Below, one piece after another: positions 51,445 to 64,000 of a stretch of 64,000 nt of DNA. This stretch comes from Lama glama (taxonomy: Eukaryota), in NCBI GenBank assembly GCA_028534125.1, contig CM052817.1, forward strand, positions 84,508,001-84,572,000, written 5' to 3'. Within the stretch, counting starts at the first letter, position 1, and each line of letters opens with the position of its first letter. A model generated the notes under the pieces. That model was not told the origin of the DNA, did not search any database, and saw only the letters and a program-made list of their open reading frames with translations. The translations under genes were made by a program, and so were the position numbers.

Positions 51445-53114
51445 GTGAGACATTTCCTATTTTGAGTGCCAAAGCTGAGAGAAAGAGCAGATTTTGTGAT
51501 ATATGGTAGTGTTCTCTTGTAATATCTATTCATCTTCTCAGAGTTTCCAAATACCTCATGCTCCACATCCTGAATATCTGAAAATTCAATGACATGGAAA
51601 GATGGGGTCAAAAACTGTATGACCTGGAATTAGAGATTTTGGAGTGAACAGTCTATATCTGATAGGCACTTAAGAAAATTACTTGTGAAACAGTATTAAT
51701 TAGCAATTCATGTGAAAATGTTAGTCCAAGTATTAAATATAGATAATTGATTTATTTCAGGTGTTGAGTGGTATTTGTAAAGCATGCATCTTTAAATTTA
51801 AATTGATGGTATCTTCTAAGTTCTAGAACTATAAAACTCTATCTTTTAAAAACTTCATAGTAGTACCGTGATACTTATTTCTAAAAAAAAGTAGCTGTAT
51901 ATTTTGAGAAGGATTTTCCATCCAGATATTTTATGTTTTTGTAATTTACAGTTTTCATTGAATAACTTAGGGGAAATAAGATGATCTTTTCATGGAATCA
52001 TAGTGTACTGGAACTCTACCTGTGAGGATCTATTAGTCTTGCTACCTTAAACATACCTGTGTCTACATCTGAGGCCTCTTGATTCCAAATCCAAAACCTT
52101 CCAATATGTGCTGTTGTCCTGTTTAAAAATTCACTTCTTGATGTACTAGAATTTAATAAGAAATTCTTTCTCTAAAATCTCTCTTGAAACCATATTTACA
52201 ACTTTGTTGTGGACATCAAAACCTGAATATATTCTTTCTTTACCCAAACTTCTCATGGTAAATCTGAGCTTGTCCTCATACACAATCACTTTTATTTCTG
52301 ACTTTACAGTTTCTGTTGAGTTATTCTCCAGGTTACCAGCCTTGAGATCCTGATGTCATCATGATCTCTTCTTTTTTTCTCCCCCTCAAACATTTATCGC
52401 GTTCTGTTGATTCTTCTCTGGGGATGTCTCTTGACCATGCCCTTTCGTGTCCATCCTCAGCATGACTTCTTAAGGATTGTCTAGACTATTATAGTGTGCT
52501 TTCAGGTGGTGTTTCTGCTCCCAGCGTCTCACTGATCCTGATTATCCTATCCACAGTGACCTGGCTGGTGCTCCTAAAATGCTGTTTTGATTATGTTACT
52601 CCATTTTTTCAAGAAGATTAATAGCTCCATTTTGCTTGCAGGGTTAAGCCCCAAATTGTTAGATTGCTATTCAAGGCATGTGATTGGCTTTTCCTCAAAC
52701 TGTGTTCAATTACTGTCCTTCCAGAAACCTCTGCCTCAACTAAGCAGGTCTGCGTGTTTTAAGTTAAATAACTAGAACCTTTGAGCACACAGAGTTTTCC
52801 TTTCTTTCTGCCTACCCAAACCCTCTCTTTTTGACCTGACTGAAATGTTACCTCTTCTGTGAAGCCTTCTAAGATAATCCAGTTCATAGTGATTACTCTA
52901 CCTTTTGAACTCCTACTATATGTATAAAAAAAGAGAGATGTGCTGTTCCATTTTTTTTAGAAATTTATTATATGCTGCTTTGTGGCATTTACATATCCCC
53001 ATATTGAATTTTCTGTAGTATTTTTGCCTGCAGTTTAAACTCTTAGGTACTGTCTTGTTTCCTTTATTATATTTAAAACTGTTTGAAGGCAGGAACATGT
53101 ATTTTCTGTCCCCT

Positions 53115-53290
53115 GAGTGGATTTACTATAAAGCTAATGAAGGTTATGCTTCAGGGCTTATACTTGCATAGGTCCCTTCTAAAGTTCTCTGTCTAATTTT
53201 GTTTTCATAGTTTTGTATTTTTTCTTTCAGACAGAGTCCTCCCAAATTGTATAAGCTTCTAGTCCCATAAGTCCTAGATCCACCTCTGAA
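53115..53290. mobile_element. Non-autonomous DNA transposon (hAT-Tip100-like)
   Basis: Imperfect inverted ends GAGTGGATTTA ... TAGATCCACCTCTG; internal AAGCTAATGAAGGTTATGCTTCAGGGC. Confidence 0.45.
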
Positions 53291-55539
53291 TGGGAATGAA
53301 AGCTAACAATTAATATTCATTTTGTGCTTATGTTGTGGCACTTTTTTCTATAGTGTATCTGTTTAGCTACAGATAGAAAGAACTCCCCTCCTCTGTGCCA
53401 TTCAAATCCTAATATAATTAATTACATTAATTTCCTTATTTGTAAAAACAATGAATACAGAAATCTGGCAGAAACAAGCACATACAAAGCAGGAGAAAAT
53501 ACAGGAGCTCTCTCAGCAGCTTCCTTTGGACCCCAAAGTCTTGATAATGACATGGTCCTAGCGGGGCTCAGTCATGAAGGGTCTCAGAAGGTGAATGATT
53601 TGTTATGCAGTGGCCTTTTATGGTTGGGATTTAAGTTATCATTCAAGAAAATCTTACACTAGCAGTAACGTGTCCTTAACCAGAAATATTTGGAGACGTG
53701 TGAATTCTCCTGGTTCTCAAGCCTTCCTTGGCATTTGAAAGTCACAGTCTTAACAGGATGGGGTAGAAGAATGGAGACACTGCAGTGCGTAGGATGCCCT
53801 GAGCAGAATCTCTGTCCTCAGCTGGACAGCATTCTGGTGAGTGCTTTGCAAGTATTGTTTCGTTTAATCATCATGGCAATTCTGTGAGAAAGGCATGGTT
53901 ACTATCACCATTTTACAAATGAGGAAGCAGAGGCTCAGAGAAGTTCATTATCTTACCTAAGATCACACAGTACATAAATAATGGAGCTAGTACTCAAAAA
54001 GCCAGGTTGTCTGATTTTATAACTAGAATGTTAAAAATTCCTCATAGTAGATGAATTAGTTTGTACTATCTTTTAAAAAATTATTTTTGAAATCCTCTTT
54101 TTATTTACTTACATCCCTCAAGTCTGTTCATTGACATTAGTTTTGAAAAATATGTTGAGGGGAAAAAAAAGATTCCAGTGGAAGAAGTTTTGGAAAACAG
54201 TGCAAACTCTGTTTGTCCCTTGGAGAGTCACTATGAATATTATTAATATACTAGTAATTCCCAAATCTTTCAGAAGAGACATCTGTTTCATATTATTAAT
54301 CCAACATACACAAGTGTATTTTCCATTGTTACTTATATATATAAATACTTAATATATAAACTATATATTTGTATATTTAGTCTTTGTATATTATATATAT
54401 TCTTTATATATTATATATTCTTTTTATATCAGTAATACTAATAACAACAATGACTACTACAGTTTATTAAGTACTTACTATGTGCCAGACACTGTTCTAA
54501 GAACTTCATGCATTAGTCCTATGACATAGATATCATTTTTATCTCCATTTCACAGGTTAGGAAACTGCTACATAAGGCAGTTGAGAAATTTGTTCAAGGT
54601 CACGTGAGTGGCTTAGGCACAATTTGAAGTCAACTATGATTCTAAGCTGCCTCCCATATTAAATATCTACTGTCTATAGAAATTCTGTGGAATTGATGTT
54701 TCAATGAAATTACTTTGGGAAAGAATTGAAGCAGAATGTTTTGCATAGACAACAGATAAATTGCTTTAACTTTTAATATTCACAAGGTCCCAAGAATGTT
54801 ACATTGGATTTTCTAAAATAGTGTGCAGTAATGTTGAATATAAAACTTTAATTTTTATAAGCCACTAGATTTTCCTTCTTCAAAATGTGGCTCTTTACAA
54901 ATATTTACTTTCTTTTTTTTAAAGAGGAATTCATTTTTTTAATCAAAATTTATGAACTTGCCTTGTAACATTTTTATGATAGCCCTACTGGAATTAGCTT
55001 TTTCTGTTTGGCTAAAATAGAATGTCTGTGGGGTGTTTCACGTTTTGGGCCATCACCATGGTAAGGGTGAATTAACAGAGTGCACTGTCAGGGCAGACCC
55101 CTTCTGGATTTGAAGTGTAATTAAAGGCGTCGGTGAACTCACTTGGAGTCCACGGAGCTTCCATTTCCCCTCAGATGTTAGGCAAGGACTGAAAATAGCA
55201 ACCCAGGTGTGGAGGACATGAGGTGACAGCAGACTCCATGGCCAGGAGGGAGGGGTGGGGATCACACGGTCAGGATTCTTGTCCTGACTCTTTGTAGTTT
55301 CAGGATGTTATCCTCAGATGCCCACGGGTATGTTTGAGCACCAAGGTCTGGGTCCGGCAGGTGGTCCCCCTCCATGAATGGCCAGTGCAGGAGATGGAGC
55401 CTTTGACAATATCCATGCTCTGTGATTCTTCTCCCAGTCTGGCTTCCTGAGTTCCCACTTGGCAAAGTCTCTAAAAGTTTTCTTTCTTGACTCTTTCTGG
55501 ATTAAATTTCTCAATACGGTGATTGCTTTTTATTTGCAG

Positions 55540-55598
55540 TTGTTGAATTTTTTTTCGAACAGCAAGACTAAACAGTACCTGGAGGTGGAACTCTGCCC
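55540..55598 (+). pseudogene. C4orf33-like paralog, exon equivalent to coding exon 2; 2-nt frameshift
   Basis: TTTGCAG|TT GTT GAA TTT TTT TTC G AAC AGC...TGC CC|GTAAGT; VVEFFF/NSKTKQYLEVELCP; 59 nt versus 61 nt. Confidence 0.9.
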
Positions 55599-58500
55599 GT
55601 AAGTTCTCTTTTAACTCACACAGACTGCTTGCTACTTTAGGCTAGCTTTCCAAATAGTTTAAAAAAAACCATTAAACTCTTAAACATTCTATTTGGGTTG
55701 CAAAATGTATGTGAGTCCCACCCACATTTATTATTATAGACATCATACAAAGTTAGAAGCATTAAAGTAGGTAGACGATGCAGAATCACACAGGTGACTG
55801 AGATGATGATATTTCCTTACGGTTGACCTGCTTCCTGATTTAAATTCATCATACTTGATGTTTTTTCATGGAACTAGTCTTACAGATATCAAAATTAGAG
55901 AGAGCTTCTCACATAGTTATGATACCCAGTGTTTTTTAGGATATTTGTAATCCCTAATTCAACTCCACTGAGTAAGTTCGACACACACACACACCAACCC
56001 ACCTGCATGCTTTATAGACTGAGCCAACAAGCAAACCAAGTTTAGAAGCTAATTTCCGAATGAGATGAGTTCTGTGCTCTAAAGCATTTTTTTAAACTTT
56101 AAACTTTTAAAATTTAAACCCATCTATTTAACCCTTTCCAGGGCGTTACCCATTTCTTCACGACGTCTGTAAAGAGTTTATGGATTCTTCTGGCCCTTAC
56201 TGTGCTGGAGAAACAGTATTGCTATCTGTAAAGATGCTCAGTCAAGGAGTACGGTTTAGAGACATATTGCTTGGGTACAGCATTAAAGAAAGAAAGAACT
56301 CTTTAGGTAGTAATTTTGGATTGTTAAATGCAGTTTTACCACACTTAAACTGCACTTAGCATGTTCAGTCTGTTTGAATCACTCCACATTCTGCCTGTGA
56401 AAGTGCGGTACTGGACTTCTCTCTGTGACAGCCAGTCATCTAAGTCATGGTATTTTGGTCAACTATTTTGGTAAAAGTTGTTCCTTAGGGTGCTCGTTCA
56501 TTCTGGCCTCTTCTCACAAGGCTTGTTTTGTGATTTTCTTCAATGTAACAAATTAGCAGCTTCAGTTAGGTGTAGCCGAGTCACTGAACCTATGTTGTTT
56601 TTTTTTAAATCACATATTTTGTGGGATTTTTCTCCTTTGATGATAAAAGAAAATCATATACATTGTAAAACACTTAGAAGATAATAAAAGGCACATATAC
56701 AAATGAAAATCATCTGTGATACTACTACCCAGATAAAATCACTGTTCACCCTGGATGTATAACCAGGCATCTCAGTGGCTGAATATGACCAACAGATTGT
56801 TTTGTTTTTGTTTTTTGCTTTTTGTTTTTTGTTTTTGCTTATAGTATGTTTTTTATAGTGTGTTTTTACAATTTTGAATTTAAGTGCTTATACTCAAAGA
56901 GTGCTTCTCGTAGTTACAGTGCATGCCTGGTCTTCTGCATATTTCAGCATGTGATCTCTGGAATCACAGTGTAGCTTGCTTTCTTTCTTTTTTTTTTTTG
57001 AGCACACTATCGTATTGTAGAAAATGAGCGGGAAGCAATCAGCATTAGAGTCCTTCTGTCTCAAATCCCAAGTTCCCAATAAAAATTTGCTTTCCATTGC
57101 ATTCCTTTCCCTTAGAGGAAAAAGGATAAGTGGCAGAGGGAACCACCATGCTACTCTTGGCTTTGGCATTACTCACGCTACTAAAATGCTTCATCAATTT
57201 GGATATGTACACCAGAACTTTTGTGCACCAATCAGGCAGTTCTGATCCTCAGATCTTTCATTGAAGCAAAGTGTGAGATGATAAAATAAGCTAATCAACA
57301 AGGGGTTTTAAAGCACTGTATTGTTGTTGCCAAGTCACGCTGGTGAAACCTAGGATCTACTAAATTGCAGCATCAGTTGTTTTAGAGAATGAGAATGGCA
57401 GCAATAGTGACACAATGTAAGCATTTTTACATTGTGTCAGGTGTTATTCTAAGCACTTTTCACTTGTTAAGTCCTTTCGCCACACTGTAATCCATTTTAC
57501 AGGTAAGGAAACATATCTCTGTTGAATAACTTGACCAAGGTTTCACAGCTAGTTAGTAGCAGAGTCTAAATCTGGATCCAGGCAGTCTGTTTTTAAAGTC
57601 TGTGCTCTTTAATCACTGTGCTGTCTCTGTTGATAGCTTAATAATTTTATTAACTTAAGTTGCTAAGGTAATTTCTTCAAAATGAATCAGTTATTTTCTT
57701 CACTTATATTAATTGTGTGGACGTTCACATCTCAAAGAGGAGAATAGTTTCAGTGAGTAAAACCCAAATGTTTTGTAGTTTTAATCATATAAATGCATAA
57801 AACATTAAAAAAAAAACAAAAAAACGGCTCAACATTGAAAACCTTGATTATTTATAAGACTAAATATTTTGATGTATAAACTAATACTATACTTCTACAT
57901 ATTTTGTGACTAAGTAAAATTGAAGGTCTCCTATATTCATCAAAATTCTTTTAAGGTGAGGAAACTACAACTCAAGGAAATTTGGGCAGAGAGAAAGAAT
58001 TGTTGGTTCAGATACTTAAAATCAGAGTAGGACTAGCTGGCCTGCTTTAGTTTGCCTCAATCCAAAGAATAAAGTGATGTTAATGAGTATTAACTCTTGC
58101 GCTTTTCTCTTCTCACACCTCCATCTCCTCCCCACCCCCTTCTCCTCGAATTCATCTCTAAATGCCTTCCACATCCATTTGTGACTATGTTACTCTTTCC
58201 TCCTATAGAGAGGGATTTCCTTTATGAGGTAGTGAGGAAGTGACTCAGGCAGTTGAAAATCTGTAGCAATCCTAATTTAGCCACTTTGAAGGAACCAGAT
58301 TGCATCTTCCCGCTTTAGTATGTAAGGAGACTGTGATACTGTCATTGGCAGCCCTGCCAGAACCACATAGTTCAAAGGGTAAAGTTCTTCAGAGGCAATG
58401 AGAGTTCTGAGAAAAAAAGAGAAGGAAAATCTGGCAGAGGGACATGGCTAGTGTCCATGATATCTCTGTATCTCCAGAACAGTTACTACATAATTCTTAA

Positions 58501-60689
58501 ATATGAATCCTTATGGGTTACTCCAGTTCTTTATGTTTTCTTTCTTTTTTTCCACCTGGACCCCTGCCTTTAGGCAAACTTTCTGGGGTACTGAATGGAC
58601 GAACAAATGTGCATAAGCTATTTTGCCATACACTAGGAACCACTAAAGTATGTTGTCTGGAGATAAGACAGACATTATTAGCATTTTAATTTCTTCTGTT
58701 AAAAGAATTTGTCTTGTGTAGTCCCAAGATTAATAAGAAGATCGAGAATTTATCATTTTGAGTTTTCAAGTTCTCACGTGTTAAGAATTCTCTGAATGTC
58801 TTAACAGTTACGCTTCATTAACTCACTGCATATATTGCCAATTTGAAGATTTTATTATTTAGATTATATAAAGGTAGGCATTTTACTCTAGGTCATTATT
58901 GCCTATATTGTCTTTCTAAGGCAGGATCCTGGAAGGAACTAGATTATCTTGATATGTTAGAAGTCCCACTTCATTTAATCTTAATAGAGCATTCTACCAT
59001 GTCATTTATAATTCCTGAAATGGATGTAATTAAGAGAATGAAATTATTTTAATGTAAAATATGTCTTGATTACTGATTAACTTATTTAAAACACTTATTT
59101 AGGGGGATGCTTAGTGTGTTCCAGGCATTGTTTTAAGCACTGAAGATACAATACTGAAAAAAATAGACAAAAAGTCCTTTCCTTATGGAATGTTTATTCA
59201 GTGAATTATAGTACATAGATTATAATATGAGTGGTTGTATTATTGACATAATTTTATGGACACTATGTGATTGACTTATAAATAACATTTATTGAGGACT
59301 TACATATGCTAGGCTATGCTAAGCATACTGCATATATTATCTTATTCAGGCTTCACCTGGGAAGTATCATTATTTTACTCATTTTACAGGAAAGGAAACT
59401 GAGGTATAAGCAACTGAGATGTCCTCAATGGCAGAGGAGGGATTCAAACACAGACTTATCCTAATTGGAAGCCCACACTCTTAAACACCGTGCTGAGTTG
59501 CTTCCAGTGCCCAAAGCATTAGCAAGAACAGACTGGGGCCTCAATAAATGATTATTGCATGAAAGTATTTCTGAGCCACACTTAAAGTAATGGCATTGTG
59601 TTAAGCACTGGAGACAATGCAGAGATGAGTGTGACAAAGTCCTTTACCTTATTTGCTTTAATTAAACTTATTAATAGCTTGCAGGGGGCCATTAACTAAG
59701 ATGTTTGTAAAGTGACAGAATCTAGTGCAGATGTAAGTATGGCAAGTGTCAACAGACGTCATGTTATAAATTAGGATAGTAAATTACTCCATGATTATAA
59801 CATGAATCAATCAAACAGTGTAAAACTGCTACTTATTATAAATGATGAATAAGAGGAATTTTCAATTCCAATAAAATTAATCTCGAAACCATGAAACATA
59901 ATTTTATGTCTATACTCTGAATCTAGAGCTTACCCTTTAGATTTTTAAATATATTTGTTTGAAAGATTTTGTGGGTTTTTTTAAGGGTAGGGGTATGTGA
60001 AATTTGATACTGTATAAAAATGAAAATTCAAGAAAATTTTTTTCTAGTTACTCAGATGTATTTCCCAGTAATCTTATTTCTTGGTTCTCAAGGTTGCCTT
60101 TTCTTTGCCCCTTCCTCTTCTTTGCCTCATTCTCTCTGACCTTTTTGTCCTGCCTCCTACTTTCTCTTCCTTGTCCCAACTTTTCTTTTCCTATCTGGCT
60201 AGAATTGTAGAGTATTAGGGCTGGAAGAAACTTTAAGCAATATCTATTCCAAAGTTTTATTCAGTTTAGAAGTCTCTCCTATTGTATCCAACCTTTGATT
60301 GAAAAGAAGATACAGTGTTGGAAGGGCAGTAGCCTCTAAAGAATGCCATTGTTAGAAAGTAATTATATTTAATTGAAACTCATTTCTATATACTTGCTAG
60401 ATGTTCCTAGTTTTGCCTTTTAGATGCACGAAAGCAAGTTTTATTTCTCATCTGTATAATAAGTTTGGCAAAAACCTAATCACAGGGCCACATCTAGCTG
60501 CAAGGGAGGCTGAGAAATATCACCTCTAGCCAGGCAGTCACAGGCAGCTAAACCTAATAGTGTCTGTTATTAAAAGGTAGCAAGGGAGAATAGAGCCTGA
60601 TGGACAATTAGCAGTAATGCTGCATGTATAAAACAGGAACACAAGTGAAACATAAACATCATGTTCTGTGTTCTTGTATGTAATGATCA

Positions 60690-61095
60690 TTCAGATACGG
60701 CTACAAGAGGAGACCCAGGAGGAGGTCAGAAAAACAAAGTTTATTATACTCATAGGTCCTAGAAAGAGAAGGCATGGTATACCATGAAGAGCAGCATGGG
60801 GAAGCACTGGTATGAGTCAGGAGCCAGAAGGGGCAGAGAAGAGGAGGGCATGTAGGCTTGAATTTTCTGAGGGAAAGGCAAGGCAGGGCAGGATAAACAG
60901 ATTAGGTTTGGTTAGTTTGAAAAAATTTGGCAGTCTTTAAGCTCTAAGGGTGCTCCCTACTTTACTGCTACCTGGACCTGGACCTGTCCCTCGGATGATT
61001 AAGGCAGAAGAATTCTGCCTCCTGGTTGATATGGCCAGATAAAGGAGGTATGGCTCTGGGTTGATCAGTTTATGTATCAGAGGTATCCTGGGAGC
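60690..61095 (-). mobile_element. LTR fragment (ERVL-type)
   Basis: AAAGTTTATTATACTCATAGGTCCTAG (antisense AATAAA); LTR-like composition; family not pinned down. Confidence 0.45.
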
Positions 61096-61097
61096 CC

Positions 61098-61770
61098 AAT
61101 GAGATACTACCTCACTCCTTTTAGAATGGCTGTTATCAAGAAGACTAGCAAGGATGAAGAGAAAAGAGAACCCTTGCATACTGTTGGTGGGAATGTAAAT
61201 TGGTGCAGCTGCTATGAAAAACAATATGGAAGTTCCTCAAAAAATTAAAAGTAGAACTACCATATGACCCATCAATTCCATTTCTGGGTGTTTATCTGAA
61301 GAAAATGAAAACACTAATTTGAAAAAATACGTGCCACCCGCATGTTTATTGTAGCATTACTTACAATAGCCAAGACATGGAAATAATCTAAGTGTTCACT
61401 GATAGATGAATATATAAAGATGTGGTATATATATACAATGGAATATTATTCAGCCATAAAAAAGAATACAGTCTTGCCACTTGTGCAACATGAATAGACC
61501 TCAAGGGCATTATACTAAGTGAAATAAGTCAGATAGAGAAAGACAAGTATCTGATTATCTCTCTTATATGAGGAATCTAAAATTATCTATCTGTCTATAT
61601 TGATAGATGGAGAGAGACAGAAAGATGATCTAAGCTCACAGATACAGAAAATAGATTGGTGGTTGCCAGAAGTGGGGGTTGGGAGGTGGGAGAAATGGAT
61701 GAACTGTTTTGTTTTTTTTTAAGTTTAAATAAATTGAATTTTAAAAAAAAAGAAAACAAAAAAAAATTAA
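61098..61770 (+). mobile_element. L1 3' fragment
   Basis: CTGTTGGTGGGAATGTAAATTGGTGCAG...GGAATATTATTCAGCCATAAAAAAGAAT; A-rich tail. Confidence 0.85.
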
Positions 61771-62804
61771 GATACACTTTTGTATATTTTTCTTTCTAAA
61801 AAGTATGAATTTATGTGCCTTAGATATTTCTTAGGATGTCAGTGAAGTGATGGAGAAATGTAGAAAGTATATACAATTTTATTTTCAAATAATATATTCT
61901 TTATTATTTTTACCAGTCACTATAATTTATTTTTTAAAAATATAAATAATATGCATCTGTATAAGAAATTAAATATGTAGATCAAATAGTGCTAAATTGA
62001 GCGTCATATTTTATCCACTATTACAAATGAACTAAGTGTGATAAATAATACAATTTAAAGAAATTAAGTATCAAAATTCTCCAGTTTAATTTGCTTGTGT
62101 TACCAACTTTGAACGTTACTAATTTAAATTTTCAATTTTAAAACATCATTATTGGCAAGCTGAATTCTTAAGAGATACTTCTAAGATGTTCATTCCTTAA
62201 CATTTTGGTCAAGGCAGTTTAGTTTTTGACCTTGTAAATATGACATAACGGCAAATATGTACTCAATTTAGACTGGATGAAAGGCACACATCTCTTGTGT
62301 GAAAGGCAGTAAATTGTGGTCTGAATTGATGCTGATACTTTGCCATCTCCATTTTATGAGCACAATCCTTTAGCATATTATGAACAGTGCATTGAATATT
62401 TTTAACATGAATCTTAACAGCTGGTCCTGAAATTAATGTTCTTTTATCTGACAACTTCCCCTATTAATAGAAATAGAGCTGAAAATTTAGATAAAGTTTA
62501 GATTTATGGACAATGTTTAGGCTACCTTTAATAGTAGATTTTCTAAAAGTTGAGTAAGTCTGCATAACCTGTACAAATGGAAAAAGACAAACTTCTTCCT
62601 TTTAACTGTGTAATTGTAAGTGTTTTGGGTCCCAGCATCACTCATTCTTAGCTATAGTCAATTAAGTAACCTGCAGTTTTCTGAGAATGAGCTACTAGAA
62701 AATCACAAATAAGATTAGATAAAAATTACATTTTTTTTTAATTTGAAAATACCAGAACTGTCAACCTAACTTCAACTCTGTCATGATTCTTTTTGTTTGC
62801 TTAG

Positions 62805-62853
62805 GCACAGACAGCACCTGGTCTTACTGCTCTCCAGTGGTGATGCATTTGCA
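62805..62853 (+). pseudogene. C4orf33-like paralog, exon equivalent to coding exon 3
   Basis: TTTGCTTAG|G CAC AGA CAG CAC CTG GTC TTA CTG CTC TCC AGT GGT GAT GCA TTT GCA|GTGAGT; HRQHLVLLLSSGDAFA versus HGQHLVLLLSGRRNVWK; 49 nt, same phases. Confidence 0.88.
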
Positions 62854-64000
62854 GTGAGTACAACACATCTTTACTCAATAAAATCTACCTTTGTTTTACA
62901 ATGGCTATATTTTAAAATGTAGGTTTACATGATTTTGGAAATTTGAATATTTACATACTTGGTGTTTAACCTTCATTTCCTTCTCAAAGTTGGGGGAAGA
63001 GGAAGCAAAATAAGAGAGGCCAAGGACTTGAGTAGGGCTGAAATGCATGAGGCAAATATAGATACATTTTTTGATATATCACTGGTGTGGCTGGTATACG
63101 GGTAGATTATTAATATGGCTTGTTGTTTTACATGTGCTCTTGCACATTGTGTTTAATAATGATAACTGCTCTTCTGAGATTGAAGTTTCTATGCACTTCT
63201 CTAAAAGGAGCAGCAGAAAATAGTGTGTATTTAGTTGGAAAATTTCATATAAACTGAGGACACTTTGAACAATGAAGGTGGAATTTTTTTAAGAAGTGAA
63301 AAAATATTTCAAAATAACTGAAAAGTACAGTAAATATGACATCTACCACTTAGATCTAACATTCCCCATCGAAAGGATTTGACAGATATTAAAAAATAAA
63401 TCTTTATAGACACAGCCAATATCCTTCTCTTATCCCTTACCATTCCTTTTTTTTTTCTTCTTCCTACCTTTTCCAGTTTTTGTGACTTTCATTAGTCTAA
63501 AGTTGGTCAGTATCATTTCTATAATATTTTCTTGCTTTTCTAACATGTTTGTTTCCATAAAAATTGTTTTTTTAAAAAATATTTTAAAAGTTTGTGAAAT
63601 GGTCTGTTCTTAATGAATTGGGAAGAGCCATTAACTAAGATGTTTTTGTAAATATAATCTGGGTCAGTTATATATAAATAAATATGGCAAAAGTCAAATA
63701 TTTTGCAAAGTCATATATTTTGTAATGGTTCACATATCTTATTATAAGACATCAAATTATATGTTCCTCAACTGGTGGACAATCAGATTGTTTCCATAAT
63801 TTTTTAAAAAGCAACTTTATTATTGTAAAAATTATTTGTAAAATGCACATGATTTAAAAATCAACTAAAAGGCTTATAGGACTAAATACAATATTTCTTT
63901 GACTCATTATTCTTCACTGCAGTCTTTCCATGGGCAATGCTTTCAAGAGTTTTAGCTGCCTTTTCTAGTTTTCATATTGAAATACTAAGTCTGTGTTTTG

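Noticed and set aside
51230..51611. Minus-strand ORFs of 80 and 86 aa
   Set aside because: Antisense shadows of the paralog exon; no homology recognised.
62854..64000. Expected paralog exon equivalent to C4orf33 coding exon 4
   Set aside because: No WEG/LPW/YFP-like coding sequence seen; it probably lies beyond the window or is deleted.

Overview
AT-rich, repeat-rich placental mammal DNA; the tRNA-derived SINEs look camelid (vic-1-like). The window is the SCLT1/C4orf33 locus. At the left, the first exon of SCLT1 (minus strand) lies in a CpG-island promoter. A second CpG island (~5.2-5.6 kb) precedes C4orf33 (UPF0462 family, plus strand), whose five coding exons span 10527-17875. About 33 kb downstream is an intron-containing tandem paralog of C4orf33 (exons at 51264, 55540 and 62805, probably continuing past the window) that the ORF track misses. 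Its conserved blocks differ from C4orf33 only at silent sites, yet it now carries a nonsense codon and a frameshift, so it looks like an old functional duplicate that later died. Other oddities: ATA at the expected SCLT1 start codon; a 1-nt deletion that shortens C4orf33 by 6 residues; a ~90-bp promoter segment copied locally between 10-bp direct repeats; and a composite young L1 spanning a 500-N gap. The rest is ERVL, L1, L2, MIR and DNA-transposon debris. Gene and repeat-family identities come from recalled sequences, not database searches, and repeat boundaries are approximate unless a TSD is given.
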